From the NCBI RefSeq assembly GCF_006345805.1, contig NC_043000.1, forward strand, positions 19,282,001 to 19,346,000: 64,000 bases of DNA, in the 5' to 3' direction. Every line of letters starts with the position of its first letter. Within the stretch, counting starts at the first letter, position 1. Below the pieces are notes generated by a model, which worked only from the letters and a program-made list of their open reading frames with translations, made no database searches and was not told the origin of the DNA. This DNA comes from Octopus sinensis. Its lineage: Eukaryota. Shown piece by piece: positions 37,998-51,689 of the stretch. A program made the translations under genes and the position numbers.

Positions 37998-38680
37998 ATA
38001 TTCCATGATTTTAAATATATATCATGAAAATACTTTCTTACATCAAAGGAAAAAGAAGAGAACGTCAAAGATCAAGCATATATATTGTTAAATATTTTAA
38101 AAATATTGTGGGGAAATTGATTAAACAATATTAAAAGATCTTAATCTTCATATTTTCTGGAACGAAATGTAGCGGTTTCTTCATTATAGAAATGACTGTG
38201 TATCAACCAAGTTGGATTAAAATGATAAACGCAGGTGTTCTTGTGTGGAGAGAAGTTTCCTTTTCAACCACATAGCTCAGGGTTCAACCTGCTGCGTGAC
38301 AGCTTGGGCAATGTCTTCTACTACAGACCCGGACCGACCAAAGTGTTGTGTGTGTGTGTTGTGTGTATGTGTGTGTTAACCCCCCCCCCTGCACACGACC
38401 GTTTGACAATCGCTTGTTGGCTTGTTTACCTCCCTGTAACTGTTGTGTCGCTCTTCTGGAGCGGAACGCTCTTCACCTATTCTGAGTCATAAGCAAACCT
38501 CGTTAGCCATTATTGATCAACGTTGTCAATACTTAAGATACCTGCGTTGCCAATACCTAAAATAGAGATATGTTCAAAAAGATTTTCAACCAAACAATTG
38601 AAAATTAGCCGTATGTAGACTTGCTTTTCTATATTATTGTCTCTACAGATATATTTGGTGAAAGCTTGTGTAGAATATTC

Positions 38681-39075
38681 TTATTTCTTTATTGCCCACA
38701 AGGGGCTAAACATAGAGGGGACAAACAAGGACAGACAAAGGGATTAAGTCGATTACATCGACCCAGTGCGTAACTGGTACTTAATTTATCGACCCCAAAA
38801 GGATGAAAGGCAAAGTCGACCTCGGCGAAATTTGAATTCAGAACGTAACAGTAGATGAAATACCTATTTCTTTACTACCCACAAGGGGCTAAACACAGAG
38901 AGGACAAGCAAGGACAGACAAACGGATTAAGTCGATTATATCGACCCCCGGTGCGTAAATGGTACTTAATTTAATCGACCCCGAAAGGATTAAAAGCAAA
39001 GTCGACCTCGGCGGAATTTGAACTCAGAACGTAACGGCAGACAAAATACCGCTAAGCATTTCGCTCAGCGTGCTA
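38681..39075 (-). mobile_element. SINE family A, dimer
   Basis: Flanked by a 20-bp TSD aaagct(t/a)gtgtagaatattc at 38661-38680 and 39076-39095. Confidence 0.88.
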
Positions 39076-39525
39076 AAAGCTAGTGTAGAATATTCTGATA
39101 CGATATGGTTTATGGTTGAGGAAATACATCACGCACCCAACACTTGTCATCTTATAGATTCCTCTTATAGATTCCTCTTTTAATGTTTACTCATTCATTT
39201 TTCATGAATATTCATGCATTTTTCATGTTTATTCATGCATTTAGAGTCCTTTACCATTGTCTTTTACACGTCATCGTTATGACGCAAAGTTAGAAATCGT
39301 TATTCCTATTAGCATCTTCAAGAGTAATGGAATACAAAATTGTTAGATCATTGGATAAAATGCCAATATATTTCTTCCGGGTTTTACGTTCATGTTGCGA
39401 ATCCCACTGAGACCGGCTATGTCTTTCAAGCTTTCGCTGTCGTTAAAATAAAGTACCAGTTAATTATTGGACGAAACTCTCCTGACTATTAGCTAAAATA
39501 TATCCAAGGCTACATTATAATCCAA

Positions 39526-39918
39526 TGTGGAGGCGCAATGGCCCAGTGGTTAGGGCAGCGGACTCGCGGTCATAGGATCGCGGTTTCGATTCCCAGACCG
39601 GGCGTTGTGAGTGTTTATTGAGCGAAAACACCTAAAAGCTCCACGAGGCTCCGGCAGGGGATGGTGGTGATCCCTGCTGTACTCTTTCACCACAACTTTC
39701 TCTCACTCTTTCTTCCTGTTTCTGTTGTACCTGTATTTCAAGGGGCCGGCCTTGTCACTCTCTGTGTCACGCTGAATATCCCCGAGAACTACGTTAAGGG
39801 TACACGTGTCTGTGGAGTGCTCAGCCACTTACACGTTAATTTCACGAGCAGGCTGTTCCGTTGATTCGGATCAACCGGAACCCTCGTCGTCGTAACCGAC
39901 GGAGTGCTTCCATCCATC
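39526..39918 (+). mobile_element. SINE family C, full length
   Basis: TSD ataatccaa. Confidence 0.9.
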
Positions 39919-40929
39919 ATAATCCAAAAAATCCTATTTTAATTTTAAAGAGAACAAGGAATTATTTGAGAGAGATTTAGTAGCGATTCCTCGTTGTGCT
40001 AAACCATCATTTCAAAACAATGTAAATCATTGTTGCAACACTCGTACTCCAACACAAATTCCTTTGCCTGGTCGGCCACAGCCACATCATCAATAATCAT
40101 TAATCATCAATGCCGTGGTTGCTGTTTCTTTATTCCTAATATGCGCCTTACTGATCACACCATGACTGTTCATGATGAGTCTTAACACTAGCACAAAGAA
40201 TGTATTTGTAAACATCAGTTGTGGTTTATATATATGTGCGTGTATTGGGATTGTTGTTAGGATTGGTGTATATTTGCCCACGTTCTGTCAGGTTGTATAT
40301 CATATATGCTGTATTTGGTTAAATGCTCTCCAATTTCTAATCCTTTTCGTTTTCCCCCATCCTTCCTGAGTATTACCAAGAAACAATAACATGGTTGTAT
40401 GAAATTAAAATTACGTATATGCACTAGGTAATTTGTTTAATGTAGTTTTATAAGAAAAACATTGGTTATTGAGAAACTAATTAATCTGTTAGAAGGGAGT
40501 GAATGTATATATATATATATACTCTTTATCTTTTATTAAACTTTTAGTACTTTTGATATTTATATTTTAAAAAAATTAAAAAAATTTTTAAAAATAAATA
40601 AATAAATAAAAATTAAAAAATAAATAAATTAATTAATTAATTAATAAACAAAATAATATATAAATATAAAAATATACATACATATATATATATATATTTG
40701 TATATATAAGTTTAAATTATTTTAATATTTTTTTTAATTTTTAACTTTTATATTTTTTTATTAATTTTATGTATTGGCTTATGTTTTTCACTGTTTGATT
40801 TGCCTAAGAGTGGTTTTATCTCTAATTTAATATAATATAATATAATATATTTATACTATAAAATTAGTTTTAATCCTAAATCTAATTTTTCCCTGTAAGT
40901 TTAGATTTATTCCCTAATATAATATATAT

Positions 40930-41014
<85 letters not shown>

Positions 41015-41429
41015 ATATATTATATATATATATATGCGTATGTAGGTACAAATTTAAATTCCAGCCTGACAACTGGTCGATTGTTTTCCTGTGTTATTAC
41101 AATATCGTCAGAGGTCAAAATATTTTAACCACTGATGAAACTAAGAACGCAAGAAAATAGATGGGTAGCTGTCAAAGCGGAGCTAAATTAAGAAATATTT
41201 ATTCTATATGTAACATGTATTGAATCATTCATTGAAATGTAATCTTTTTTTTTATCAAAAATATTAAATGTATGTGTACATTATTATATATAACTATATC
41301 TATATCTATCTCCCTATCTATATATATATATATATAATAAGCTGACTTTCCGACTATTTTTATTCCAGATCGAAGGAGACGGTTGTAACAATACTTTGAA
41401 CACATTCTACTAAACTCTGCTTGTCCCAA

Positions 41430-42450
41430 ATGTCTAGTTTGCAGAATGTAGTCGGAACGTGAAGATAAACCGAAAGCTCGCTGTGCAATAAAGTCTTGTG
41501 TTAAACGGGGAAAAAACTGGTCAAACTTATGAAATGCTCCAGACGTCTTATGGATAAGCTTGTATGAGCCAAGCATCAACTATTCACTGGCTCAGGAGAT
41601 TCAAGGACAGTAGAGAGGAGGTAAGAGACGATGAGCGGTATGAGAGAGAGAAAGGAATGTCAGAACATCAGAACTGGTTGAGAAAATTTGCCATTCTCTA
41701 GATGAAGACAATCGTATGTCTCTAAAAATAATATTCATGCAATTTAGAGGTGGTGTGGTAACTATACACAGAATTATTTATGACGATCTGAACATGTGCA
41801 AAATTTTTGTAAAGTTTGTTCCCAGAGTGTTCAGTGACCAATTGATGTAAGCATGTGTTAATGACAGCAGGGAAATGGTGAACTCATGGCCTCCAATCCA
41901 AGTGAACTTGAGTCTCTGGTCACTAGTAATGAAAGCCGAATCTACTGTTATGTTCCAGAGACCAAGGGACAGAGTGCCCAATGGAAGTATCCTAACTCCC
42001 AGACCCAAGAAGGCCAGACAAAGCAAGTCCACTGGAAGCTCATGATGATCCCCCTTTTTCGATAGCATGAGATTCATCTACATCAACTGAGCTCCCTCTG
42101 ACCAGACGATCAAGAAAGAGTACTTTGTGGAGGCTTTGAGTGAATTCAGGAAAGGTTTCGTCGCAATAGGCCAGAGCTCTTCCACTCGCGTCAGTGGCAC
42201 CTGCACCGGGACAATGTACCAATCCAAGTGTCCATCCTGGTAATCAACTACTTGACAGAGACAGGCATAAAAATTATCCCTCACACACCCACACCCTGCA
42301 GTCTAAACCTTATTCCCTGTAAGTTCTTGGTTGTTCCTCAATCTGAAGGAGAACTTCCATGTGGCCCTCACGAAAAGGCTGGAGCACTATAGCAAGTGCA
42401 CAAGTGCATTGAAGTAAGAGGATCCAAATTTGAAGGAGATTAGAGTTTTG
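41430..42450 (+). pseudogene. Decayed near-full-length mariner transposase
   Basis: With stops and frameshifts: ...RCAIKSCVKRGK...YEMLQTSYG...HWLRRFKDSREEVRDDER...KFVPRVF...LVTSNESRIYCYVPETKGQSAQWK...RPKKARQSKS...WHLHRDN...IKIIPH. Confidence 0.8.
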
Positions 42451-42489
42451 TACTTCCTTGAAGTTAATAAATGCATCGCTAGGTAGTAA

Positions 42490-43062
42490 GATAGCGTTTT
42501 CAGGCGGCACCGACGAAGATATTACGACGAGAATAAGTAAGGCAATGGCCGTTTTTCACCTGTTAAAAAATGTATGGAAGGCAAGTGTAATTTCAATAAA
42601 GAACAAAATAAGAATTTTTAACACTAACGTAAAAGCGGTGTTATTGTATGAGGCCGAGACATGGCGAACAACAGTTAAGTCAAATAAGCAAATACAATCA
42701 TTCATCAACAGATGCTTGCGTAGTATACTTGAAATTAGATGGCCCGAACACATAAGCAATATGGAGCTATGGCAAAGAAGAAATCAAGTTTCGATTAGGG
42801 AGCAAATATTTAAGAAAAAGTGGAAGTGGTTTGGTAGCACAATTAGAAAAGACACACCAAATGTAGCGAAAAGTGCTTTACAGTGGAATCCGGATGGATA
42901 TAGAAGGAGAGGTAGGCCTAAGAACTTGTGGCGGAGATAAACACAAAAGGAACTAGAGAAAGGGGGACATTCATGGCATAGTATAAGTACAGAAGCGAAA
43001 AATTATGCGACATGGAATTCAATTATAAGTGGCCTATACTCTGCGTTGGAGGGTTAAAGGCA
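42490..43062 (+). mobile_element. RTE-clade LINE 3' fragment
   Basis: DITTRISKAMAVF...IRIFNTNVKAVLLYEAETW...WPEHISNMELW...RRRGRPKNLWRR. Confidence 0.9.
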
Positions 43063-43096
43063 AATATATATATATATGTATATATACATATATATA

Positions 43097-43128
<32 letters not shown>

Positions 43129-43345
43129 GGATTAATATATATATATTATATATATATATATATCAATACTATAGGACGAAAGCGCTAGGCAGTGATATGT
43201 ATACATTCAAACTTTTACCAGTTCAAATAAGCTTGAGGCATATTCGAGCTCCTAAGAAAGCCATTCACTGTATTTTGCCATAGATAAATAAGTCTAAACG
43301 GATCATGTCCGTTCGCAGCGCTCGCATCGCCTGTCCTTCCGGTTT

Positions 43346-43393
43346 CTGGAGCTGAAGAGGAGGTAACCACTCCGAAATGTATGCAGCCACCAG
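43346..43393 (+). ncRNA. Hammerhead ribozyme-like motif, cleavage site apparently mutated
   Basis: CTGGAG-CTGAAGA-GGAG-gtaacca-CTCC-GAAA-tgtatgca-GC-CACCAG. The core and 4-bp stem II are perfect, stem III is near-palindromic and stem I is 5/6 bp. G stands at the expected U16.1 position. Confidence 0.5.
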
Positions 43394-43602
43394 TTACAGA
43401 GCACTGTGAACTAACTTTTGACAAAGTATATAGGTTTCCACACAGTAACAACACATACTTATCATTTAGGTGCAAACAAAGCTCCTGGATTCAAACTCAC
43501 TGCACAGTATCTAGGGTGTCTTTTGCTATAATGCTCGGTTGGCACGATACGTTATGATTGAATTCGGTAAAGGAAAAGTAAGTGAATTCCCTTCACATAT
43601 GT

Positions 43603-44014
43603 CTTTCTTTACTAACCACAAGGAGCTCAACACAGAGAGGACAAACAATGACAGACAAACAGATTAAGTCGATTATATCGACCCCAGTACGTAACTGGTA
43701 CTTATTTAATCGACCCCGAAAGGATGAAAGGCAAAGTCGACCTCGGCGGAATTTGAACTCAGAACGTAGCGGCAGACGAAATACCTATTTCTTTACTACC
43801 CACCAGGGGCTAAACATAGAGTGGACAAACAAGGACAGACAAAGGGATTAAGTTGATTATATCGACCCCAGTGCACAACTGGTACTTATTTAATCGACCC
43901 CGAAAGGATGAAAGGCAAAGTCGACCTCGGCGGAATTTGAACTCAGAACGTAGCGGCAGATGAAATACCTCTAAGCATTTCGCCCGGCGTGCTAACGTTT
44001 CTGCCAGCTCGCCG
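43603..44014 (-). mobile_element. SINE family A, dimer
   Basis: Two bodies and one head, with the same junction. Confidence 0.85.
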
Positions 44015-44420
44015 TTGTATGAATGTATGAGTGTGCATACATGTGTTGTGTGTGTGTGTGTGTGTGTTGTGTGTGTGTGTGTGTGTGTGTGTGTACACGC
44101 TCGTGTTTTGCAACAGGTATTGTGATTTGTTTACGTCTCTGTAATCTAGCGGTTCGACGAAACGGGCCGGTAAAATAAGTACCAAGCTTTAAAATGTGAG
44201 TGCCCCAGCATGGTCATAATACAATGACAACAAGTTAAAAAAAATAAAAGAATTTATTCGTAATTGGTGTGACCTGATACAACCCAGAATGTTATCAATT
44301 TGTCATTTTTGAGGTGTTCCATGTGTTGAGCGCATGAAATATTTCATAGGGTAATGTCCCCCACTACGATAATAACAAACTCTTAAGATAGAAATATAAT
44401 ATATTTTACACACACACATA

Positions 44421-44562
<142 letters not shown>

Positions 44563-44778
44563 CACACGGCACACAAATGCTTGTAAGCACTCACTAGGTC
44601 AAAAGCGTTGACTTTTTCCCTATTTCTCTAGCTTTGCAAAAGCTAAGCTGTCTGTGTATTTATTGGCTTATACATTGATATGACATTGAACAGCTTTATA
44701 TGAGCATGTGTAGATATGCAACTATATGCATGAAAATACATACATATAACACACATGCGAATCTGCACGTATACATAT

Positions 44779-45162
44779 GGAAGCACTCCGTCGGTTACGA
44801 CGATGAGGGTTCCAGTTGATCCGATCAACGGAACAGCCTGCTCGTGCAATTAACGTGTAAGTGGCTGAGCACTCCACAGACGCGTGTACCCTTAACGTAG
44901 TTCTCGGGAATATTCAGCGTGACACAGAGAGTGACAAGGCCGGCCCTTTGAAATACAAGGTACAACAGAAACAGGAAGAAAGAGTGAGAGAAAGGTGTGG
45001 TGAAAGAGTACAGCAGGGATCACTACCATCCCCTGCCGGAGCCTCGTGGAGCTTTTAGGTGTTTTCGCTCAATAAACACTCACAACGCCCGGTCTGGGAA
45101 TCGAAACCGCGATCCTACGACCGCGAGTCCGCTGCCCTAACCACTAGGCCATTGCGCCTCCA
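44779..45162 (-). mobile_element. SINE family C, full length
   Basis: TSD cacgtatacatat. Confidence 0.9.
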
Positions 45163-45336
45163 CACGTATACATATACACATACATGCAAAAATATCCTGT
45201 TGATGTTGTCGAAATTCCAACAAAGGAGCCTTGGATCTAGGTTAGAAACCGGCTCTTTCTCTACTGGCTAGAAATATTAAAATAAAATTGCAGAAGATCA
45301 TTCAGGGGGAGCAAACCTTCGCCAAGGCAACACCAA

Positions 45337-45555
45337 CGTCCTCTTAACGATTAGTCGGAGATGGTTTTTTAAAGGAGAATATCTGAAATAAACTCGACTG
45401 TTCTCACAAACAAGAATACTAAAAACGAACCCAGCCGCTCTCAAAAATTAAGTAAAAAAAAACACCGGAAAAATAATCAAGAATCCATGTCCGGTACCCG
45501 ATCGATCTCAAAATCTGATCAGTTCGTGCTAGTCACGAGGCCAAACATCCCTGAA
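45337..45555 (+). repeat. Dispersed repeat, possibly a Helentron/DINE-like non-autonomous element; further copies at 47137-47311 and 47923-48013
   Basis: Shared cgtcctcttaacgattag...gaatatctgaaataaactcgactgttc...gtgtccggtacccgatc. The family assignment is a recalled resemblance only. Confidence 0.6.
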
Positions 45556-45559
45556 ACAA

Positions 45560-45782
45560 TACCTATTTCTTTACTACCCACAAGGGGCTACACACAGAGG
45601 GGAGAAACAAGGACAGACAAACGGATTAAGTCAATTATATTAACTCCAGTGCGCAACTGGTACTTATTTAATCGACCCCGAAAGGATGAAAGGCAAAGTC
45701 GACCTCGGCGGAATTTGAACTCAGACGAAATACCGCTAGGCATTTCGCCCGGCGTGCTAACGATTCTGCCAGCTCGCCGCCC
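45560..45782 (-). mobile_element. SINE family A, monomer
   Basis: Head, core and tail present. Confidence 0.85.
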
Positions 45783-46301
45783 TAAAACCAAAACCTTAAC
45801 AGAGCACCTCCGCCTTCGCTAAGGCGGCGTTAATAATGACACACACACATACATACATACATACATTCATACATACATACATACATACATACATACATAC
45901 ATACATACATACATACATACATACATGCATGCATGTATGCATAAATGTATGCGCGTGATAGAAAGAAAAATAACTAAACGGTTTTGGAGAAATAGCCAGA
46001 GAACTAACAGACGCATCTTGAATTCCTATTCGCTACACAGTGCCTCTGTGTGTACGTGCGTGCGCGAGTGTGTATTCATGTGTGTGTGTGAGTATTCGTG
46101 CGTGTGTGTGCGTATGTGTTTGTGTGTGTGTGTGTGTGTGTGCGTGTGTTCGAGTGTGTGTGTGTTCGTGCGTACGTGTGTACGTGTGTGCCTGCCTGCT
46201 TTCACACGAGAATGCGTTCGTGTTGTAGCATGAGTGTGTGTGTGTGTGTGTGTACACGGGTGTGTGTGTGTAGTGGTATGCGTGTGTGTGTGTGAGTGCT
46301 T

Positions 46302-46529
46302 GTGAGCTGGCAGAATCGTTAACACGCCGGGCGAAATGCGTAACCGTTTTCCGTCTGCAGTTACGTTCCGAGTTCAAATTCCGCCGAGGTCGACTTTGCC
46401 TTTCATCCTTTCGGGTTCGATAAATTAAGTACCAGTTACGCACTGGGGTCGATATAATCGACTTAATCTGTTTGTCTGTCCTTGTTTGTCCCCTCTGTGT
46501 TTGGCCCCTTGTGGGTAGTAAAGAAATAG
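46302..46529 (+). mobile_element. SINE family A, monomer
   Basis: Head, core and tail present. Confidence 0.85.
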
Positions 46530-47045
46530 GTATGTGTGCATGTTTACGTGATGGTATACTTGTGTTTTCGTGTAGTGGTGTGTGTGTGTTTGTGTTGTGG
46601 TGTGTGTGTGTTTGTGTGTGCGCGTGTGTGTGGTGTATGTATAAAAATATCAGATTTTCTGTAGAAAACAGCGCATTAATAAGAAGTGAGAAAAGGAAGA
46701 ATAAGTTAACGAGAAGTGACAAAAAAGAAGGGGGACAGAGAGGGAGAAAACGAATAGACTAAACGAGGTCTCAATCATGAACGAGGGGACTCAAGGCAAA
46801 AAAGAGGCAGCGAGAGAAAGTGATGGTGTAAGAAGGCAACGAGGATAGAATAGTAATAAGGGAGAAACGGGGAGAAATTACGCGCTTTGTTTTATCGTAG
46901 GGAGATAAAACGAATGTCACATGTTTCCTTTGGCAAGTTGTTCTTGGGGGAAGTCTGGTTGTAAAAAATTGATATCTGATCCTTTCTCTACCATTATTTT
47001 TATTATTGTTACCCCGTTGTTATGATTTTAATTGCTACTCGTTGA

Positions 47046-47046
<1 letters not shown>

Positions 47047-47137
<91 letters not shown>

Positions 47138-47836
47138 GTCCTCTTAACGATTAGCTTGAGATGATTTTTTTTAAAATGAGAATATCTGAAATAAACTCGA
47201 CTGTTCTCTCAAACGAAAACACTAAAAATGAACTCGGCCGCTCTCAAAAATTAAGTAAAAAAAAAAACGGAAAAATAATCCAGAGTCCGTGTCCGGTACC
47301 CGATCCATCTCTACTACTACTACCACCTCGAAAGAGTCCAGAGGCTGGCTACCCGCATGGTTCATGGTCTCAAAAATTTGTCCTACGAAGAAAGGCTGAG
47401 GACGCTCGACCTTTGTTCTCTTGAAAAACGCCGCCGCCGTGGTGATCTCATTCTCGCCCACAACATCATAAGCGGGAAGTGTAACCTCTCGAAAGAGCTG
47501 TTCTTCACTCCTGCTCCGGAGCGTCGGCTGCGGGGTCATTCCGAAAAGCTCTACCTGCGACGATTTCATCTCAATCGAAGGAGAGGAGCTTTCTCCGTCC
47601 GGGTTGCGGATCCGTGGAACAAGCTGCCAGACGAGATGGTGAAGATGCCGACGACCGCTTTGTTCAAAGTCTCCCTGGACCTCAAGTGGCCTGAACTCTT
47701 TACATGAACACCACCCTGTACTTAACTCCATGTCCCCCTACATGGCCTTGCTATTTGCTTTTGAGCCAAATTAACTAACTAACTAACTAACTACTACTAC
47801 TACTATTACTACTACTACTACTACTGCTGCTGCTGT

Positions 47837-47891
<55 letters not shown>

Positions 47892-48012
47892 ACTACTACT
47901 ACTCCTACTACTACTACTACTACCTCTTAACGACTAGCTTCAGATGATTTTTTAAAATGAGAATAAAAACGGAAAAATAATCCAGAATCCGTGTCCGGTA
48001 CCCGATCCATCT

Positions 48013-48110
<98 letters not shown>
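47047..48110. repeat. (CTA)n and (CTG)n arrays interrupted by repeat insertions
   Basis: Arrays at 47047-47136, 47790-47922 and 48013-48110. Confidence 0.95.
47335..47792 (+). mobile_element. CR1-group LINE 3' end, 5'-truncated, with (CTAA)n tail
   Basis: GLKNLSYEERLRTLDLCSLEKRRRRGDLI...LRGH...FSVRVADPWNKLP is uninterrupted and followed by a short UTR and tail. Confidence 0.9.
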
Positions 48111-48119
48111 ATTGATAAT

Positions 48120-49430
48120 AATCCTTTCTACTACAAAGCAAAAGGCCTGAAATTTCGAGTCAGAGGGAAAGACGATTATAACGTGCTCGGCTGCTACTTA
48201 TTTCATCTAAAAGATGAAAGACAATTGACTTCGTCAGAATTTGGATTCAGGACGCACAGGCGAACGAAGTGCTGCTAAGCATTTTGTCCGGTGAGCTAAC
48301 GATTATGCTTGCTCGCGGCCTTAATAATAATCCTTTCCATTAAAGGCAAAACTCCTGAAATTACATCGACCCAAATGCTTAATTGCTACTCATTTCATCG
48401 ATCTCCGAAAGGATGAAAGACAAAGATGACCTCGGTACAATATGAACCCAGAGCGTAAAGACGGACGAAATGTCGCTAAGCATATTGTCCGGTGTGTTAA
48501 CGATTCTGCTAGCTCGTCGCCTTATTTGATCGAATAAAAATGGTTTTAAATTTTGCCACAAGGGCAGCAGTTTTGGGGGAGGGGATGAGTCGATTACATC
48601 AGCCCCAGTGTTCAACTGGTACATTTTTACATCGACCCCGAAAGATGAAAAGTAAAGTAGACCTTAGACAAACGAAATGCCGCTAAGCATTTTGCCCTTC
48701 GGCGAATTTTTTTCCCACATGAGTTCCGGACCCCAGTAATGAACTCATTTGCATACAGCTAATCAGTGCACACCTTGACCTTGTTGTCAAGTTAACAAAG
48801 GTTGGTGTTCAAGAACGGTGTTGTAAGACGACCGATCGCCAAGATATACCTGATTTTAGGAGACAAGTAATTAGATAGATTTGCATCTATACTTATTATC
48901 GGATTTTGTGAGTAAACAACAACACAAATAACTACGCAGAGGCAGCCATGGTTGAAATAAGAACAAGAACAACAAGCATTCTCAAAAGAGAAAATAGCTA
49001 TGGTCATTCCTTACCCAAGTAACCTTATCTTATCGCCCACCACTTGTTATGCTCACATAAATTACTTTCATAGTTGTACTCTGATTGGCTGTATGCCTAT
49101 GAGTTCATAACTGGGGTCCGGAACTCTCGTGGGCATAAAAGAAAATCACTGCCCAGCGTGCTAACGATTCTGCCAGAACGCCGCCTTATTTAACCGAATA
49201 ATAATAATAATAATAGTTCTTAAAAAATTTTCGCATAAGGCCAGCAGTTTTACTGGGAGGGAATTAATCGATTAAATCGAATCCAGTACTCGATTCGTAC
49301 AATATTTTATCGACCCCGAATGGATAAAGGCCTCAATGGGATTTATTTTCGAACGCAATGCACCGGAAAAAATGTTGCTCAGCATTTTGTCCGGCGCTCT
49401 AACGATTCTGCTAGTTCACTGCCTTCATAG
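48120..49430 (-). mobile_element. Cluster of diverged SINE family A copies
   Basis: At least four degenerate copies with recognisable head (gctaacgattctgc...cgcctt) and core remnants. Confidence 0.65.
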
Positions 49431-50283
49431 TGATAGATGTTAAAAATTTTGACTCGTGTCAAGAAATTTTAGAGAGAGTGGGCCAGTCGGTTCCATCTAT
49501 CAAAGTACTTGACCTGTACTTTATTTTAAGAACCCCGGAAAGATAAGAAAAACAAAAAAGATCTAAGTTGACTTCAATGATATTTGAATTTAGAAAAGAG
49601 AGCAAGGAAAAGACCACGAGTTATTTTACGAACGCTCTAATGAGTCCCCCAATCCCCTACATAGTAGAAGCAGAAGCAACAGCAGCAGCAGTCGCAGCAG
49701 CAGCAGTAGCAGCTGTAGGAGTAGTAGTAGTAGTAGTAGCAGCAGCCATTGAAGAATTTGGACCTGGAGATCTCCATTTTCAGCGACTTCGAGGGCCACC
49801 TCCCAGTGGTGTCGGGCGTCAACGAACAGCCCTCGACTACAACAAGACGACCAAAGTTTTATTTTTTTCCAAGGTCTGGGGGTCTTCTGCCCCTAAACAC
49901 TAGACCATCACCTAATCACCTTTACCCGTCTTGTTGCTTAACAACAACAAAAAGCAGCAGCAGTGGTGGTGGTAGTAGTAGTAGTATAGTAGTAGTAGTG
50001 GTAGTGGTGGTGGTGGTGGTGGTGGTGGTGGTGGTAGTAGTAGTAGTAGCAGCAGCAGCAGTGCTGGTGGTGGTTAAGGTGGTTACATCTCCCACTTTTT
50101 TTTTGGGGGGGGGGCAAGAATGGAAGAAAATCTAGCTTCTCTCAATACGTAAACTGAAACAACCATTGAAGTCTATTTATTTTCTTGTTCAGAAACAGGG
50201 TATGTATATATATATGCACGTACTTACGTACACACACACACGTGCGTACATATGTATGTATGCATGCGCGTGTGTGTATGTGC

Positions 50284-50372
<89 letters not shown>

Positions 50373-50384
50373 CTATATATATAT

Positions 50385-50439
<55 letters not shown>

Positions 50440-51689
50440 TATACATACATATATATATATATATGCATACATGACTCACGTGGAGTTCTTTTTGAAGTTA
50501 CTTTTTTCTAGGATTTAATTTCTAGAGTTTCATCCGCAGACGATAAAAACTAAGATAAAAACCACGCGAAGAAACCTTACATTAATTTGTTATGGTTATC
50601 AAACTCTATTTTCATGCCTTGTTATCGGTCAAAAAGTATTTCAGCTGAAGTAAAATGTTACCTCAAACGGGAAATATTGGTTCCAAATTACTTTCTAATT
50701 ACAGAACGCCGGATGTATAATGAATATGCAACGACTATTACACACGGCATATCAAATTGTTTAACTTGCGTAACCATCAGATATGCACCACTGCTTCTAT
50801 TAAACAAGGCTGTACACAACTGCTTTCTCTGCAATGCATTAGGACACGTGACTACAATATGACTTCAAAGGATAAGTCACATGTTACTTCGTCAAAAACA
50901 TTAACATCCACTCATTCAAGGGTCTCGAATATTAAAGTAGAAGGCGTCGTGAATAATGGCAAATTTAATAACGTACTATTATATTCATCATTCACAATGT
51001 GGTGATTATATAGTTTAGTGTTTAATTTCAAGAATTAGATTTTTGTTCGGATTCCTGGGGTTTTTATTCAACGCAGACGCGCAATCAAAGTGATGTCATT
51101 TCCGCCCTAAAGTCACGCCATTCATGTGTGAGTCATAGATACTCTCATCAGACGGCGTATGAGGTTCTGCAGTTTCTTTCTGAACAACCACCCAAATGAT
51201 TTGCTTATTGTGATCAAATGTTTGTGGTCGCATGAGCTCCCTCCCTCCATCAAATCGATATTACCAGTACAGGCGCATGGCGTGCTACATGTCAGATGAG
51301 GAAATGATCGCAGAGCAACGACAAATGAAGTGTTTTGCTCAAGAACAAAATGCAACGGCCGGTCTGGGAATCAAAACCAGGATCTTGCAATCCTGAGTGC
51401 AACACTCCTAACAACTAAGCCAAGGCCTTCACCCCCTCCACACACACACAGACGAAGGGACTGGCAACAATAGAATCCACAGTGATATCGATAAGAACTA
51501 CTCTTATAGTCACTAACAGAATTGGGCTGTCAGTGGGACTATCCCGGCTTATCTGTAATCTTTCCGTCCTAGACGTGAAGCCCTTGTTGAAAAAAATATA
51601 AAAGCTACGTGATAGGATCTGCAAAGGAGAGAAAAATTAATGTAACCTGCTGTATACAAATATTTACAGCACCAAGTGACAGTTAAAAC

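Noticed and set aside
48925-48975. Minus-strand MLVVLVLISTMAASA as the VWA signal-peptide exon
   Set aside because: A stop follows immediately, and the only nearby GT gives a weak donor in the wrong phase.
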